64,000 bases of DNA, taken from assembly GCA_964016885.1 (NCBI GenBank), contig OZ024747.1, positions 59,892,001-59,956,000 on the forward strand. The letters are read 5' to 3'. Numbering within the stretch: the stretch's first letter is position 1; the number at the start of each line of letters is the position of its first letter. Source of the stretch: Eledone cirrhosa. Taxonomy: Eukaryota. A model generated the notes under the pieces. That model saw nothing but the letters and a program-made list of their open reading frames with translations, ran no database searches and had not been told where the DNA came from. A program made the translations under genes and the position numbers. This document shows positions 38,485 to 51,839 of this stretch, one piece after another.

Positions 38485-39075
38485 GCCGAGGTTAATTTTG
38501 CCTTTCATCCTTACGGGATCGATAAAATAAAGTAGCAGTAATGCACTGGGTAATTGCTGGCCTTGTGCCTAAAATAGAAACAATTATTGATAGAGCGTCA
38601 GTCAACATGCTTCACAGCATAGTTTCGGGCCTTCACATTCTGAGTTCAAATCCTGCCGAGGTTAGCTTTGCCCTTCATCCTTATGTGGTCGATAGAATAA
38701 AGTACCAGTAATGTACTGGGGTCAATTTAATCGACTTTGCCTTCTCCCAAAATTGTTGTCCTTCTGCCTAAATCAGAAACCATTATTATTATGGGGTCGA
38801 TAAAATAAAGTACCAGTAGTGTACTGGGTAATTGCTGGCCTTGTGCTAAAAGTAGAAACAATTATTATTATGGCATTTGAGGGTGGAGGATTAGCAGTAT
38901 CGGTAGGTCAAATGCCATGCTTTGCAGCATAGAGTTACGCCCCTTTATAGTCTGAGTTCAAATCCCACCGAGGTTCGCTTTGCCTTTCATCCTTACAGGG
39001 TTGATAAAATAAAGTACCAGTAATGTACTGGGATAATTGCTGGCCTTGTGCCAAAGGTAGAAACAATTATTATTA
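38485..39075 (+). mobile_element. Cluster of four full or partial SINE family A copies
   Basis: Repeated gtcgataaaataaagtaccagt core; both short-tail and long-tail variants, each ending in (att)n. Confidence 0.85.
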
Positions 39076-39724
39076 TGGCATTTAAAACATAAGTTAACAA
39101 AAGATTCTTATATCAAATTATGTTGGAATGTTTTAATTTAACCTTTTCATGACTGTATTACTAATGAATTACAATTTATTTCAATTAATTAATGAGTAAT
39201 TTTTAGAGATTTACTAAAATTATCAGTTATTTCATTACTAAGATAGTAACCTAATATATGGTTCTTATATAAAATTATGTTAGGAAATTTTGATTTAAAT
39301 AAAAACCCATAAAATGACCAGTGTTGGCCAAGTTGGTATCAAAACAATTAACAAAAGGTTCATATATTATTTTGGAAAGTTTTAGCTTAAATAATAACCC
39401 TTTAAAATGGGTTGTTTTGTTTCATAGAACCAGAAGCAGATTTGGGTGGATTGCTATCAAAATAGTTAACCAGTCCAAGGTCAGATGGATCTTCAGAGAT
39501 AGTCCACAACATAACACAACATAAACTAAATATCTCAATTACAAATATGAACATAGAAAGCAACACAACAAGTCTACATTTGGACTCATGCTGGTCTTCA
39601 TAGTCATGCATGTGTCCACATCAAATAAATCTAGTAGTCAGTGCCCCTTGGCCTTCAACGTGTTACTGATGACAATGATTTGACTAGTACATATTTTCTG
39701 ATCCACTTATATATAAAAATAATT

Positions 39725-39990
39725 ACCATATTTCTTTGTGTATAATATGACACTGGAGTATAATACAATTGGAATTATGTCTTTGTGTATAATATAACTT
39801 GAGTATATTACAGTGAGAATAAATGAGATTTTTGTGTAAAATATGACTTGAATATAATAGTGGGAATTAGGTCTTTGTGTATAATATAACTTTTGTATAA
39901 TACAGTGGGAATTAGATCTGTGTATATAATATTACCTGAGTATAATATGACTTTAGTATAATACAGTGGGAATAAATTAGATCTTTGTTT
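39725..39990. repeat. ~42-bp diverged tandem repeat
   Basis: Recurring gtataatacagtgggaattag.tctttgtgtataatat.acttga. Confidence 0.7.
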
Positions 39991-39992
39991 AT

Positions 39993-40259
39993 CAGGGCTG
40001 GATTTAATGGGGTGCAAAAGAGGCAATTGTGATGACCATAGTAATTGATTTGTGCCCTTAGCTGGGCTTTTTAGTTTTAGAATGGTTAGAATTTTTGAAT
40101 TTAATGCCTGTATGTATAACTTTTCAATTCCAATTGCTTGCGTAAAGGTAACACTGATATGTAAAATTGAGGGGTTTGATGTGTATTCTAATTTTTGTGT
40201 ATGAGGGGACCCCCAAACCTGAAGTGCCCTGAACCCACCAAGGTCTAAATCCAACTCTG
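39993..40259. mobile_element. hAT-like MITE
   Basis: TIRs cagggctggattta / taaatccaactctg with GC-rich subterminal sequence; no clear TSD. Confidence 0.6.
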
Positions 40260-40925
40260 ACTGGAGTACAGCCATGTTGTAATAAACTATTTTATATCTT
40301 GTACCATGTTACCCATCAAAATCTTCAATCCACACACACACGTTTCACTACAGTATTCAATTCCTGATGAAGTTGGAGATTATAAAACAACCGGATGTTT
40401 AGCAAATATTGTCAATATGATATAATATGTAAACACTTGATATTAGCATATATTTGCAATATTGCCTTTTGACTTGAGTGCCTTTATGCTCAAGGATAAT
40501 TTCTGAAAAAATGCTCTTATGTATAATAAACCCCGGGTTTTTGCCATTAATTTTAGTTTGAAATTTCTCGTAATATACAGGAGAGAATATGATAACTACC
40601 CTGGGAATTGAACAGAAAACAAAGGGACATAACTAAACACAAGTCATTTTGTGGAAGTGGTGGCAGCACAGATAACAATGGAGTATACCTAGGGAATAAA
40701 GGTGGCAAAGATAATGTTGTGTTAGAAGTCAGTAGTGGTAGGTGTGTTTTAGTGAAATGACTGTAATAGTGGTTAGGAATAACAGGAAGAATTTGGTGTA
40801 ATAGTGAAATATACGAGAGTTACAAGTGGTAGTATATATATACATATATATATATATATCTGTGTATATATATATGTATATATATATATTCACATATGTA
40901 TGTATATATGTACAATTCTGTATGT

Positions 40926-41254
40926 ATTTCATTTTACGTCCGCTTTTCCCTGCTTGCAAGGGTGGGACGGGAACTGATTCTGGCTTGATTTCTACAGTTG
41001 GATGCCCTTCCTAACACCAACCTCATTTACAGTGAGTGCTGGGTGCTTTTTTGCCATGGCACCTCCACGACCACTTTGCAGTGGAATGATAGGGACCCCA
41101 GTCCCTATCATCTCATTTCTACAGCTGAGTAAACTGGAGCAATGTGAAATAAAGTGTCTTGCTCAAGGAAACAACACATCACCCGGTCTAAGAATTGAAC
41201 TCACAACCTTTTGATTGCAAGGCCAATGCTCTAACCACTAAGCCATGTGCCTCC
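40926..41254 (-). mobile_element. SINE family B copy
   Basis: Full-length reverse complement inside a TA-rich microsatellite. Confidence 0.9.
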
Positions 41255-41798
41255 ATATATATATATATACACATACACACATGTATGTATATACATTCAT
41301 GTATATATATATATATATGCATATACACATGATTGATTAAATAGACAATGCAGTGGCTTGATAAGCATCTTTGTAATACATGTTGTTGCATAGAAAATGA
41401 ACACTTTGGCAGGGAGAGAGTGAAAAAGACCAGACAAAACCTTTATCTTTCCAGTTTCACTGTTTTCTTTTGAACTATTGTAATCTCATAGGAAAAGATG
41501 CTATGTTATAAGCATCAGAACAAAAAAAGAATTGAAGATAGTGTTGATGTGGAACAAAATCCATTTCCTCTTGATAATACCTTCAGTTCTTTGTGGAGGT
41601 AGAATTTTATTAAGGTTTCGTAATAACATTTAATGAAATATCTCACAGCAAATAACACATTTTGGTAAGAATTTTACTGGAATTCAAAGAGACTAAAAGA
41701 TAAACCATCTCTTTATGTTTTACTCTCTTATATGTTGTAGTTAATAGAATGTTTGTTAGCTTGATTTGAGCTAAAGTGATGGTAATCAGTGGAATCGT

Positions 41799-42958
41799 TT
41801 AACCCTTTCATTCCTAAATTTCTAATGAAAGGCACTGCCAGTGATTTTTAAATCATTTTGAAAATAATCTATAATTTGAAGGGATTTACTCATATAACTT
41901 TCTCATTTATCTGGTGTTTGAGACATAACTTAACAACTTTTCTTACATAGAATTATGATTGAAGACTTTTAGATAAATATTTCCTACAATCAGACCTGGA
42001 CACAATGCAGCAATGGATCACAGACTGGCAATTGAAGCTGGCTGTGGACAAGTGTACCACCATGCATTTTCGGAGGAAAAAATCCAGTCTCTACATACTC
42101 CTTCCACAACACTGATATCAAGAAGTTCTCTTGTGAACGTGACCTGGGCATTACTGTCAGCGGCGATTTGCTTTGGACAAAGCACATCTCTAAAATTGTC
42201 AAGAAGGCCGAGGGTGTCTTGGCATCACTCAGCAAGACCTTTGTTAGCCGCGCTCCAGCCATCTATTTAAAGCTGTATACAGCTATGGTACGACCACACT
42301 TGGAATTCACATCATCAGTCTGGAACCCCTATCTTGCTCAGAACATTGCCTCCTGGAAACTGTTTAGAGACGTGCAACCAAGTGCATACCCTCCATCAAA
42401 CACCTACCATACTCTGAACGCCTTGCTTCCCTGGGCATGGATACATTGAAGCTCCGACATCTGGCAACGGACTTGGTAAACACCCACAAAATTATTAACC
42501 ATCTTGCCAACAACAACCTTGAGCACCTTTTTGATCTCCATGTGTCTAACACACGTGGACATGCCTACAAAGTCAGAAAACAGCACAGCTCCCATGACTT
42601 TCGGAAACATTTTTTCATGCTTAGAGTTGCTGAAGCATGGAACAAACTGCCTGCGTCAGTTGTTAGCTGCTGAGACACTACATCCTTTAAAACCATCATG
42701 CTTCTCGAAATTCACCAAAACTACACCTGATGTCCCCCTTCCATACACATGCACGCATGTGTATATCATGACTCATGCACTGTTCATTTTCCTGACGTTT
42801 GTACATTACCCTATGTACTATACATATACTTTTCATGAGTTGTAGTGCACCTGAGCACTGTACACAATATTTTCATTATTATTATATATAAAAACGTTAA
42901 AACAAGGAGTATTGTATGATAAAACCAGGGTTGGTTTCTGATGTATTAAAAGGGTTAA
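41799..42958. mobile_element. Second piggyBac-like MITE family, split by the CR1 insertion
   Basis: Left end ttaaccctttcattcctaaatttctaatgaaa, right end ...ttaaaagggttaa after the LINE tail. Related decayed copies at about 23540-23787, 24950-25140, 29020-29258, 38348-38460, 39138-39350 and 47255-47945. Confidence 0.55.
41990..42885 (+). mobile_element. 5'-truncated CR1-clade LINE (C-terminal RT region plus 3' UTR), frameshifted
   Basis: Peptides SDLDTMQQW, ERDLGITVSGDLLWTKHI, LYTAMVRPHLEF..SVWNPY, RRATK, TRGHAYK, RKHFF.LRVAEAWNKLP are typical CR1 ORF2 C-terminus. Ends ...gcactgtacacaata.tttc(att)n. A short copy of the same 3' end lies at about 10903-10963. Confidence 0.92.
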
Positions 42959-44847
42959 GTTTTAGACAGTCTTCTTCTTCCTCTTTGCCCACTTATTCCT
43001 GAGAGGGTCGTGGGGGCATAGTCCTCAAAAATTCCTTCCAGTGGGTCCTGTCAGAAGCAACCATCTTTCAACTGATCTGGCTGGATCCCCAAGTGAGACC
43101 AGCCAAGCTCATGGATGTTATCCAACAATCTTGATCAAGGTGGGTTTACCCCTGGGTCTCTTGCCGTTTGGTTTTGCCTGTAAAATCTATCCAGCGATTC
43201 TTTCCTGAGACAAAGTCTTCTTACTTATTTTCTACACCTGCCAAGGACAGATGACTGGTAGAGCAAGAATATTTACCGAATGTTTGAGTTCAGAGAAAAT
43301 AAGAATACTTGAAACACTAATCGAATAAATGGAATGGAATGGACAATGACTTGTGATAACAGGTTATATAAACTGTTACACACAATTCACTTAAATTGAA
43401 TACTTAAATAGTGAATGTTCAAAGTGTTATTCACAATTAGGAAAAGATACTATTGTGTGTAAACTACACTTTCTTTAAACCAACTGATCTATCGGCAATA
43501 GTTTTAAGCCAAAACAAAGCTAATAAGATTTTACAAAGTAATTGATTTAAATAATACATCAAATTTATTTGTAAGGTGACTTTATACATCCAAGAAGAAT
43601 ACACTTAATATTTTATATGTTCTAAGAAGAGGCAAGATTTATCATTGAATTGTTTTATATAATTTCTAATAATCTTTATAGATAAATATTATTTTTGCAC
43701 ATTCAATTAATATATATTATTTTCTTTTCTTACTGGTTTTAGTCATTAGAGTGCAGGTATGCTAGGACACCACTTGGATTTAGTCAATCATATCAATTTA
43801 TTACGTATATTTTTCAAGTCTGCAACTTACTTCATTGATCTTGTTTCCTCAAACTATAAACCCTTTACCATTTAAATCAACTGTATCTGGCCTGAATTCT
43901 CTCACCTCATCCTGTTCAAACCGGTTGTAACCAGCCACTCATACTGATGTTAGGCTATTGTTCTCAAAATAAATATCAAAATCTCATAGATTTGATATTA
44001 TATGAGATAATTATGTGAGGTAAAGCCTTTACCATGAAAATATAATAGTATATATAGAGTGATGTGGATACTAAAGGGTTAAACAGAGACATAGGTGTAA
44101 AGACACAGAATGACATGTATGCACGCACGTACATGTGCGCGCACACACACACACACCAGCTTGTGAGTTTTTGTCAATCAAATTCCACTCACAAAGCATT
44201 GGTCAACCCAAGGGTATGGTCAGCAATATTCTATGGGACTAAACCACGTGTTTGTGAAACAAACTCCTTAACCATATTGCACACACACACACATACAACA
44301 TACATGCATACATAGACGCACGTATACATGCATACACAGACACATACATACACACACATACATACACACACATACATACACACACATACATACACACACA
44401 TACATACACACACATATATATACACACACATATATATACACACACATATATATACACACACATATATATACACACACATATATATACACACACATACATA
44501 TGCATACACATACATATATAATACATATATATATATTTTTTTGTTCACATGAAGCAAGAGATTCTTTAATAGAGTTGAAGTGTACGATAGAATCAATCCT
44601 GTCTTTTAGCCAATATTGTATTTGTAGGCAAATGTAAACATCTTTAAACATTATTTTTATTGAGAGACAAGGAGGAATCAACAAAACTAGTTTCAATTCT
44701 GGATTAAGATTTAATCAACTGATTACCCCCCACCTGTAATTGTCTATACAGAGATACTGCTTATAAATACACTATTATTTGGAGCTCAAGAAAATTCATA
44801 CAAATAATAAATACTAGGGGAAGCTAATATCTTTGTGCATATATTTA

Positions 44848-45243
44848 TACGAGGGCAATCCCCAAAGTAAGGTCTCCTTCCAATATGGCAACTTTTCCGT
44901 TAAAATCCTGTGGATGGTGCCTCGGGAAACCTCAGGAACCAAAATGCAGAGAGCATCCAGAGTGATCCGCCGATCTTTATGAATGTTTTCCTCGGAAGGA
45001 GACCTTACTTTTGGGATTGCCCTCTATATAATAACTGCACGAAATTCGCACTTGGCGGTAGCGTGCAATGGGAGCTCCATTCTCAATGGCTGCCAAGCCA
45101 AGATTGAGCATCCCAGCGAGCGCGCGCATGCTTGTTTGGGAGTGAAGGAAGCACCAATCACAACAGTGTTGCCAACAGCCGTACGAACAGTTTCTCTGCG
45201 TCCCCATCGTTTTGGAGACCTTACTTTTGGGATTACCCGTGTA
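44848..45243. mobile_element. Tc1/mariner-type MITE with one left TIR and two right TIRs
   Basis: Left tacgagggcaatccccaaagtaaggtctccttcc (44848); right ggaaggagaccttacttttgggattgccctc-ta (44994-45026); second right ggagaccttacttttgggattacccgtgta (45214-45243); TA ends. Confidence 0.8.
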
Positions 45244-45439
45244 TGTATGAGTATACAGGGTTTACAAAAGTCACTGATGTTATTTCAGCTACCTTCAATC
45301 ATGCCTCAGTCAATGAATCAATCAGGTTGCAGTCATGCAACTGCATCTCGATGTTCAGAGTCCACACATAATAGGTAATAGCAAGTGCAGAGGCTGCGTT
45401 TTGGTAAAGATACATTGTGTATCTAGCTCCTGTAAACAC

Positions 45440-46248
45440 ACAACACATGCACTCACACAAGTATAAATATATTGACACAAACACACACATACTCACACAC
45501 AAGTATAAATATATTGACACAAACACACACATACTCACACACGTGCACTCACACAAGTATAAATATATTGACACAAACACACATATACTCACACACATAC
45601 ACTCACACAAGTATAAATATATTGACACAAACACACATATACTCACACACATACACTCACACAAGTATAAATATATTGACACAAACACACATATACTCAC
45701 ACACATACACTCACACAAGTATAAATATATTGACACAAACACACATATACTCACACACGTACACTCACACAAGTATAAATATATTGACACAAACACACAC
45801 ATACTCACACATGTACACTCACACAAGTATAAATATATTGACACAAACACACACGTACACTCACACAAGTATAAATATATTGACACAAACACACACATAC
45901 TCACACACGTACACTCACACAAGTATAAATATATTGACAGAAACACACACATACTCACACACGTACACTCACACAAGTATAAATATATTGACACAAACAC
46001 ACATATACTCACACACGTACACTCACACAAGTATAAATATATTGACACAAACACACACATACTCACACACGTACACTCACACAAGTATAAATATATTGAC
46101 ACAAACATACACATACTCACACACATACACTCACACAAGTATAAATATATTGACACAAACACACATATACTCACACACGTACACTCACACAAGTATAAAT
46201 ATATTGACACAAACACACACATACTCACACATGTACACTCACACAAGT
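45440..46248. repeat. 54-bp CA-rich minisatellite, about 15 copies
   Basis: Unit acacacgtacactcacacaagtataaatatattgacacaaacacacacatactc; explains the 18-aa periodic ORFs. Confidence 0.93.
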
Positions 46249-48189
46249 GATTTAAAAACACACAACACACTAACACATACACCCACACAATAATTTTTTC
46301 TACTTTTGGCACAAGGCCAGCAATTACCCTGTGCATTACTGGTACTTTATTTTATCGACCCTGTAAGGATGAAAGGCAAAGTTAACCTCGGTGTGATTTG
46401 AACTCAGATCATACAGGGAGGTAACTCTATGCTTCAAAGCATGGCGTCCGACCCTCTACCGATATTGCCAATCCACCACACAATAATAATAGCTTGTGTG
46501 TAGCAAATTCGCTACATATATACACACAAGTGTAGCAAATCTTAGAGCGCTGGTTGCTGTTTTCTATAGTTTGTCCCCACCATTTCCTTCCTCAGTTATC
46601 TCCTTTTCAGTGCGTGACAGACAAATATATATATAAATAAACACACATTTGCTATTATTATAGTTATTGTTTGATAAAATTATTTATGGCAGAGTTGTAA
46701 CAGTGTCGAACAAATATTTAGTTTTGTTTGTTTGGTTCTTTATGAGACTGACTGGTGTCAACATAATTAACTTACCTGTTAGCTCCCAAATTTCTGACCT
46801 TATGCCTAAATGAGAAACCAATATTATTTCAATGTATGATAATTCTATTATGTAGAACCAACACTTTCAGTAAAACAAGCGAAATCATTTTTTCTAATTC
46901 ATCAAAATGTCAGTGGTTCCAGTTAGCCAGCTTTCCATATTTTCATGCTGCTCTTTTTATTTCTTTTTATTATTTAATTTCTGTTTGTTTTTCAAGAAAT
47001 GAGAAATTAGTTTCCAGAATTTCAGCTGTAATGTCGAGATAGTGAAATACCCAATAATTAACGAAGCATAGCTTTTACTAGGACTTCTACATACTTGCTC
47101 AAACTAATTATTCTTGTTACAGGAAAAAAAATATGTTAGATCTACATCAGACAAATAAATGTTTAATTACAAACATTGTCGCATCTAAAATATTCCAAGT
47201 TTAATCATTTCCATACCAAACTATTCCTGGTTGTGTGATACAAAACTGTTTGTCTTAACACTTTTGATACTAAACTATTTGAAAACACCTCTAGTTTTAT
47301 AATAACAAAAACTCTTTCTTATGTAAGAACATTTGTTAAGTTATGTTCCAAACACCAGCTTAATAATGAGAAAGCAAATTATATTGCAAAAACCCACCAC
47401 CAGCAATAAACGTTTTAAGGTCATTTACTTTCTAAGGCAATGAATTGGCAGTCATTAAAACATCAGATAGAATGCTTTATGGTATTCATTCTGGCTCTCT
47501 GAGCTCAAATCCCACTGAGGTCAACTTTGCCTTTCATCCATTCAAGGTCGATAAAAAAAAGTACCAGTCTAGTACTGGGGTCAATTCTTCCTCTCTCTTG
47601 AAAAAGTCTGTTGTACTCAGCCCTGGAGAGGGATGTACTCTGCCAGGCTTAAAATACCCAAGAAACTGTATATCTATACAACGCCCCTATGACTTTATCA
47701 GTCTTAGCCTTGTTGACACCATGACACATGATTTCATACTCATCATGAGGTCCAACATGTGGCAATGTTTTATAGCCAGATGCCATTCCTGGAACCAACA
47801 CTCTTCCTTCTTGCAACACACAGGGTTACAGTGTACCTCCTCTGAACTGGATACACAAAATATCTCCAAATTCATAATTAATTTCTAAATTATTTGAAAA
47901 TCATAGGAAATGTCTTTCATCAGGAATATAGTAATGAAAGTGTTTATATTTATCTAAAGAAAACATTTAGTACTTGAATGACTATTTATTAGTCTATATA
48001 TTGTATGTATGTATATATATCATCATCATTATCATTTAATGTCCATCTTCCATGTTAGCATGGGTAGGACAGGCTGTCCCTTCGTGTGGGATCAGGTCAG
48101 GGGACTGATTTGTTCATACAAAACTGATTTTGGCATGGGGATGTATGGGAGGGAGTGTAGTGGTTAAGAGGTGCCTATAAAATGTGTGT

Positions 48190-48625
48190 TTGAGTCAGTG
48201 CACATGGGAAGGTGAGTCTTCTGTATTACACCGAAGATCTTGATCCTGTCTCATTGTCTTTGAGAGGGGCAATTGAGCAAGGTCAGCTTTTATCACCTCG
48301 TCTCGGGTCTTCCTACTGCATAGCTTCCATCAATTTTGATCAATCTGCACCTTTTCATACAACTGTCATCCTTCATACACATCACATGACCATACGAACA
48401 CAATCTCCTCCCTAGTATATTACATCTGATTCCTGTTATTCCTGATTTCTCTCTCAGTTCAATTATGCTTTGCACTTCGTGTATATTACTATTACACATC
48501 CATCGGAGCAGGGAGGCTTCATTTCTTTTCAATCTTCGCAGGTCCTCTGCGTTCAGTGCCCAGATCTCACTACCATGGAACATTGCTGCTCGTATACATG
48601 CATAGCACAGTCTTTCTTTCAATTT
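48190..48625 (-). mobile_element. RTE LINE ORF fragment
   Basis: ORF 48293..48622: YACIRAAMFHGSEIWALNAEDLRRLKRNEASLLRWMC...RRLCSYGHVMCM...GRP. Confidence 0.9.
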
Positions 48626-48649
48626 AAAGGAAAAGTTGTTAGATTCCTG

Positions 48650-48850
48650 AAGGAGATCAGGAGGAGGCCACAGTTAAAGAATGTACTCAATACATTGGTA
48701 GAGTAGAAGTATCTTAAGCATCTATATTTTTATATGGAAATAATTTATACAGAAGCAGAACTCTTTCATTCGTATGAAATCGTCAAGAATATCCTGATGA
48801 TTTCATAAGAATGAAACTGTTCTAGTCCTGTAGAAGTCATTTATATATAT
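48650..48850. mobile_element. Decayed fold-back element with inverted hammerhead cores
   Basis: CTGATGA (48794-48800)-tttcataagaat-GAAA is mirrored by tttc-attcgtatgaaa-tcgtcaa around a central atat. Preceded by gtactcaatacattggtagagta, which also occurs at 27959-27980. Confidence 0.55.
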
Positions 48851-50109
48851 ATATATTTTCCAAGATGGCCGACTGAAGATGCACTGATACTTCTCCTTGT
48901 TTTCCCCCCTCATTTTCCCCATTCCTTCCTCTCATCACTCTTTACTTTCTATTCACCTTCTATCTTTAACACTATATTTTGAAGAAACATTAAGATTCTC
49001 TTCCTGTTATTTCTTCTCCGTATTTTGTTATTTTTGTCATTTCTGTTTACTTTTTACACACACATACACACACATATATATATACACATGCATACCCATT
49101 GTTATCTGATACTAAGAACTCCAATATAGATATGCTAACCATTATTATATTACTAAATCCCTTCAAATGCTTGATTATTTTCAAATTTAATTTAAAATCC
49201 TAAGTAGTGTCTTTCATTAAAAATACGTCAATGAAAATGTTAACTGCTTATATATCAAGATTTATTTTCCTAATAATTGTTTCTACTTTTTGGCACAAGG
49301 CCAGCAATTACCAGTGCATTACTGGTACTTTATTTTATCAACCCCGTAAGGATGAAAGGCAAAGTTAACCTCGGCGGGATTTGAACTCAGAATGGCAAGG
49401 GCCGTAACTCTATGCATCAAAGCATGGCATCTGACCCTCTACCAATACTGCCAATAATGAAACTACTACCCACATGTTTATATAACAGATACAAACCATA
49501 TATCTAATTAAAACTCCACTTTTATATCTTGGGTCGCAGCATGATGTTAATTTTTATAACAATACAACTGTTTGATTTAATCTTGGATGCACACTATGTC
49601 TACTTGTTTAGATTATCTTACATTAATTAGACAAGGTATATTGGCATAAGTCTTTTCTAATGCATACTGCAAGCATACAAGTTAACAATTAGAATGTATA
49701 TATGTAAAGCTCATTATTCTATTTATCTATATAGAGATTACATATGTAAAACATTTATCCTGAACAGATAACTGTATATTTTCTACACAAATTAAAGTAT
49801 TAATTACTTTTATTCATTCTACTACATTACCATTATGTTCGATTTCAATTTTTATTAGAAATACAACAATATTTATTTGTCAGCATAACCGTCATCATAA
49901 TATTACAAATAAGTTGGGTGAGCTGCTGTCAACATAGATAGATGACCATGATGAGATTTTAATAGGGATTTTAATTCAAATACGAACACTTTTGTATAGG
50001 TGGTTACAAGCAGCCTGCTATTAAAGGAGTTGGTAATTGTGTGCTGTGTCAATCTGTATAAAACTTCCTTAAAGCAACATTATGCAGAGCTAACATTAAC
50101 AATGATAGT

Positions 50110-50153
<44 letters not shown>

Positions 50154-50420
50154 TAAACGGAATAGAAAATGCTGACAAATTGTTCACAGTTGAAAAATGG
50201 TTTAATTAGGAATAAAAGAGTATTAGTGATTGTATGGGTTAGTATTCAGTTGTGGTTTTAAGTTTTTACCGGTTGCGCATTTCTAAATGCTTTTCAAAAA
50301 CAAATATCATCATGCAATAATATTTGTGTTTTCATCAGATAAAATATGAGGACATGATACGAAGGTTAAAAACACTTGTGGATAGTGCAGTTTTAAAGTA
50401 CTACAATAAAACTCACCTCC

Positions 50421-50475
<55 letters not shown>

Positions 50476-50477
<2 letters not shown>

Positions 50478-50658
50478 CGAAAGAAATGTGGTAAGGAACC
50501 AGGTGGACCATAACGCACCAAAGTACTCAATACTTGAGGTAGTAGAGTGGATAATAGGAACCAGTAAGACCCCGACAGCTGAGCTCAAGCGGACTCTCCA
50601 GAATTAGCCGTCGAAACGGCTTGAGCTCAGCTGTCGGGGTCTTACTGGTTCCTATATA

Positions 50659-50756
<98 letters not shown>

Positions 50757-51393
50757 ATGGAGGCACATGGCTTCGTGGTTAGTGCTTTGCAATCGAAAGG
50801 TTGTGAGTTCAATTCTCAGGAACCGGGTGATGTGTTGTTTCCTTGAGCAAGACACTTTATTTCACATTGCTCCAGTTTACTCAGCTGTAGAAATGAGATG
50901 ATAGGGACTGGGGTCCCTATCATTCCACTGCAAAGTGGTTGTGGAGGTGGCATGGTAAAAAAGCACCCAGCACTCACTGTAAATGAGGTTGGTGTTAGGA
51001 AGGGCACCCAGCTGTAGAAATCAAGCCAGCATCAGTTCCCGTCCCACCCTTGCAAGCAGGGAAAAGCGGATGTAAAATGAAATGATGATGATGATTATTA
51101 ATGGATGGGGGAATAGATACCCGATACCAAGATAGTTTATATATATATAACGAAGGAGGTGTGGTAAAGAACCAGATGGACCATAACACACCAGATTACT
51201 CAATACTTAGAGTAGTAGAGTGGGTAATAGGAAAAAGTATGACCCCGACGGCAGAGCTCAAGCCGTTTCGACGGCTATTTCTAGACAAAATTAGAATTTT
51301 TAGTCTGGCTATTTATTTACCAGACTAAACATTCTAATTTAGTCCAGAAATAGCCATCGAAACGGCTTGAGCTCTGCCGTCGGGGTCATACTT

Positions 51394-51424
<31 letters not shown>

Positions 51425-51613
51425 ACGAAGGAAATGTGGTAAGGAACCAGGTGGACCATAACGCACCAAAGTACTCAATACTAGAGGTAGTAGAGTGGGT
51501 AATAGGAACCAGTAAGACCCCGACAGCTGAGCTCAAGCCGTTTCGACGGCTAATTCTTGTCCAGAATTAGCCGTCGAAACGGCTTGAGCTCAGCTGTCGG
51601 GGTCTTACTGGTT

Positions 51614-51616
<3 letters not shown>
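50476..51616. mobile_element. Cluster of three copies of a GC-rich fold-back element (50476-50653, 51149-51397, 51424-51616)
   Basis: Each copy starts aacgaa.ga..tgtggtaa.gaacca after (TA)n and ends in an inverted duplication abutting (TA)n. Copy 3 has perfect 56-bp arms (51502-51557 / 51563-51618). A diverged fourth copy lies at about 16441-16530. Confidence 0.8.
50759..51095 (+). mobile_element. SINE family B copy
   Basis: Full-length, after a (TA)n(CA)n tract, between fold-back element copies. Confidence 0.9.
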
Positions 51617-51649
<33 letters not shown>

Positions 51650-51776
51650 GTTGTTAAACAATATTCGATGATTATGTCAAAGAATGAGTTTTACAGTAGA
51701 TTGGAAGCACTCAAGGGAAAATAATTTTCAGGAGTTACTAATATAAGTATTAATAAAATAGATGTTCTTTTGATCA

Positions 51777-51839
51777 ATTACATTTTATTATACATATTTC
51801 GGATGTACAACAGTACGTCCTCATCAGACAAAATATAAT
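51777..51839 (-). ncRNA. Inverted copy of the same hammerhead in the left arm
   Basis: Reverse complement of 51922-51984 with one stem II substitution (ggacgtac instead of ggatgtac). Confidence 0.85.

Noticed and set aside
40360-40400. CTGATGA followed by gttg...caac; similar isolated cores near 16703, 39667 and 61034
   Set aside because: No correctly placed GAAA plus stems I and II, so a ribozyme cannot be supported.
42835-42885. CR1 as mobilising partner of SINE family A (both end in (att)n)
   Set aside because: No convincing sequence similarity upstream of the simple-repeat tail.
45299-46336. 345/277/273-aa Cys- or His-rich repeat ORFs
   Set aside because: Translations of a 54-bp CA-rich minisatellite, open on both strands, with one starting inside a SINE tail.
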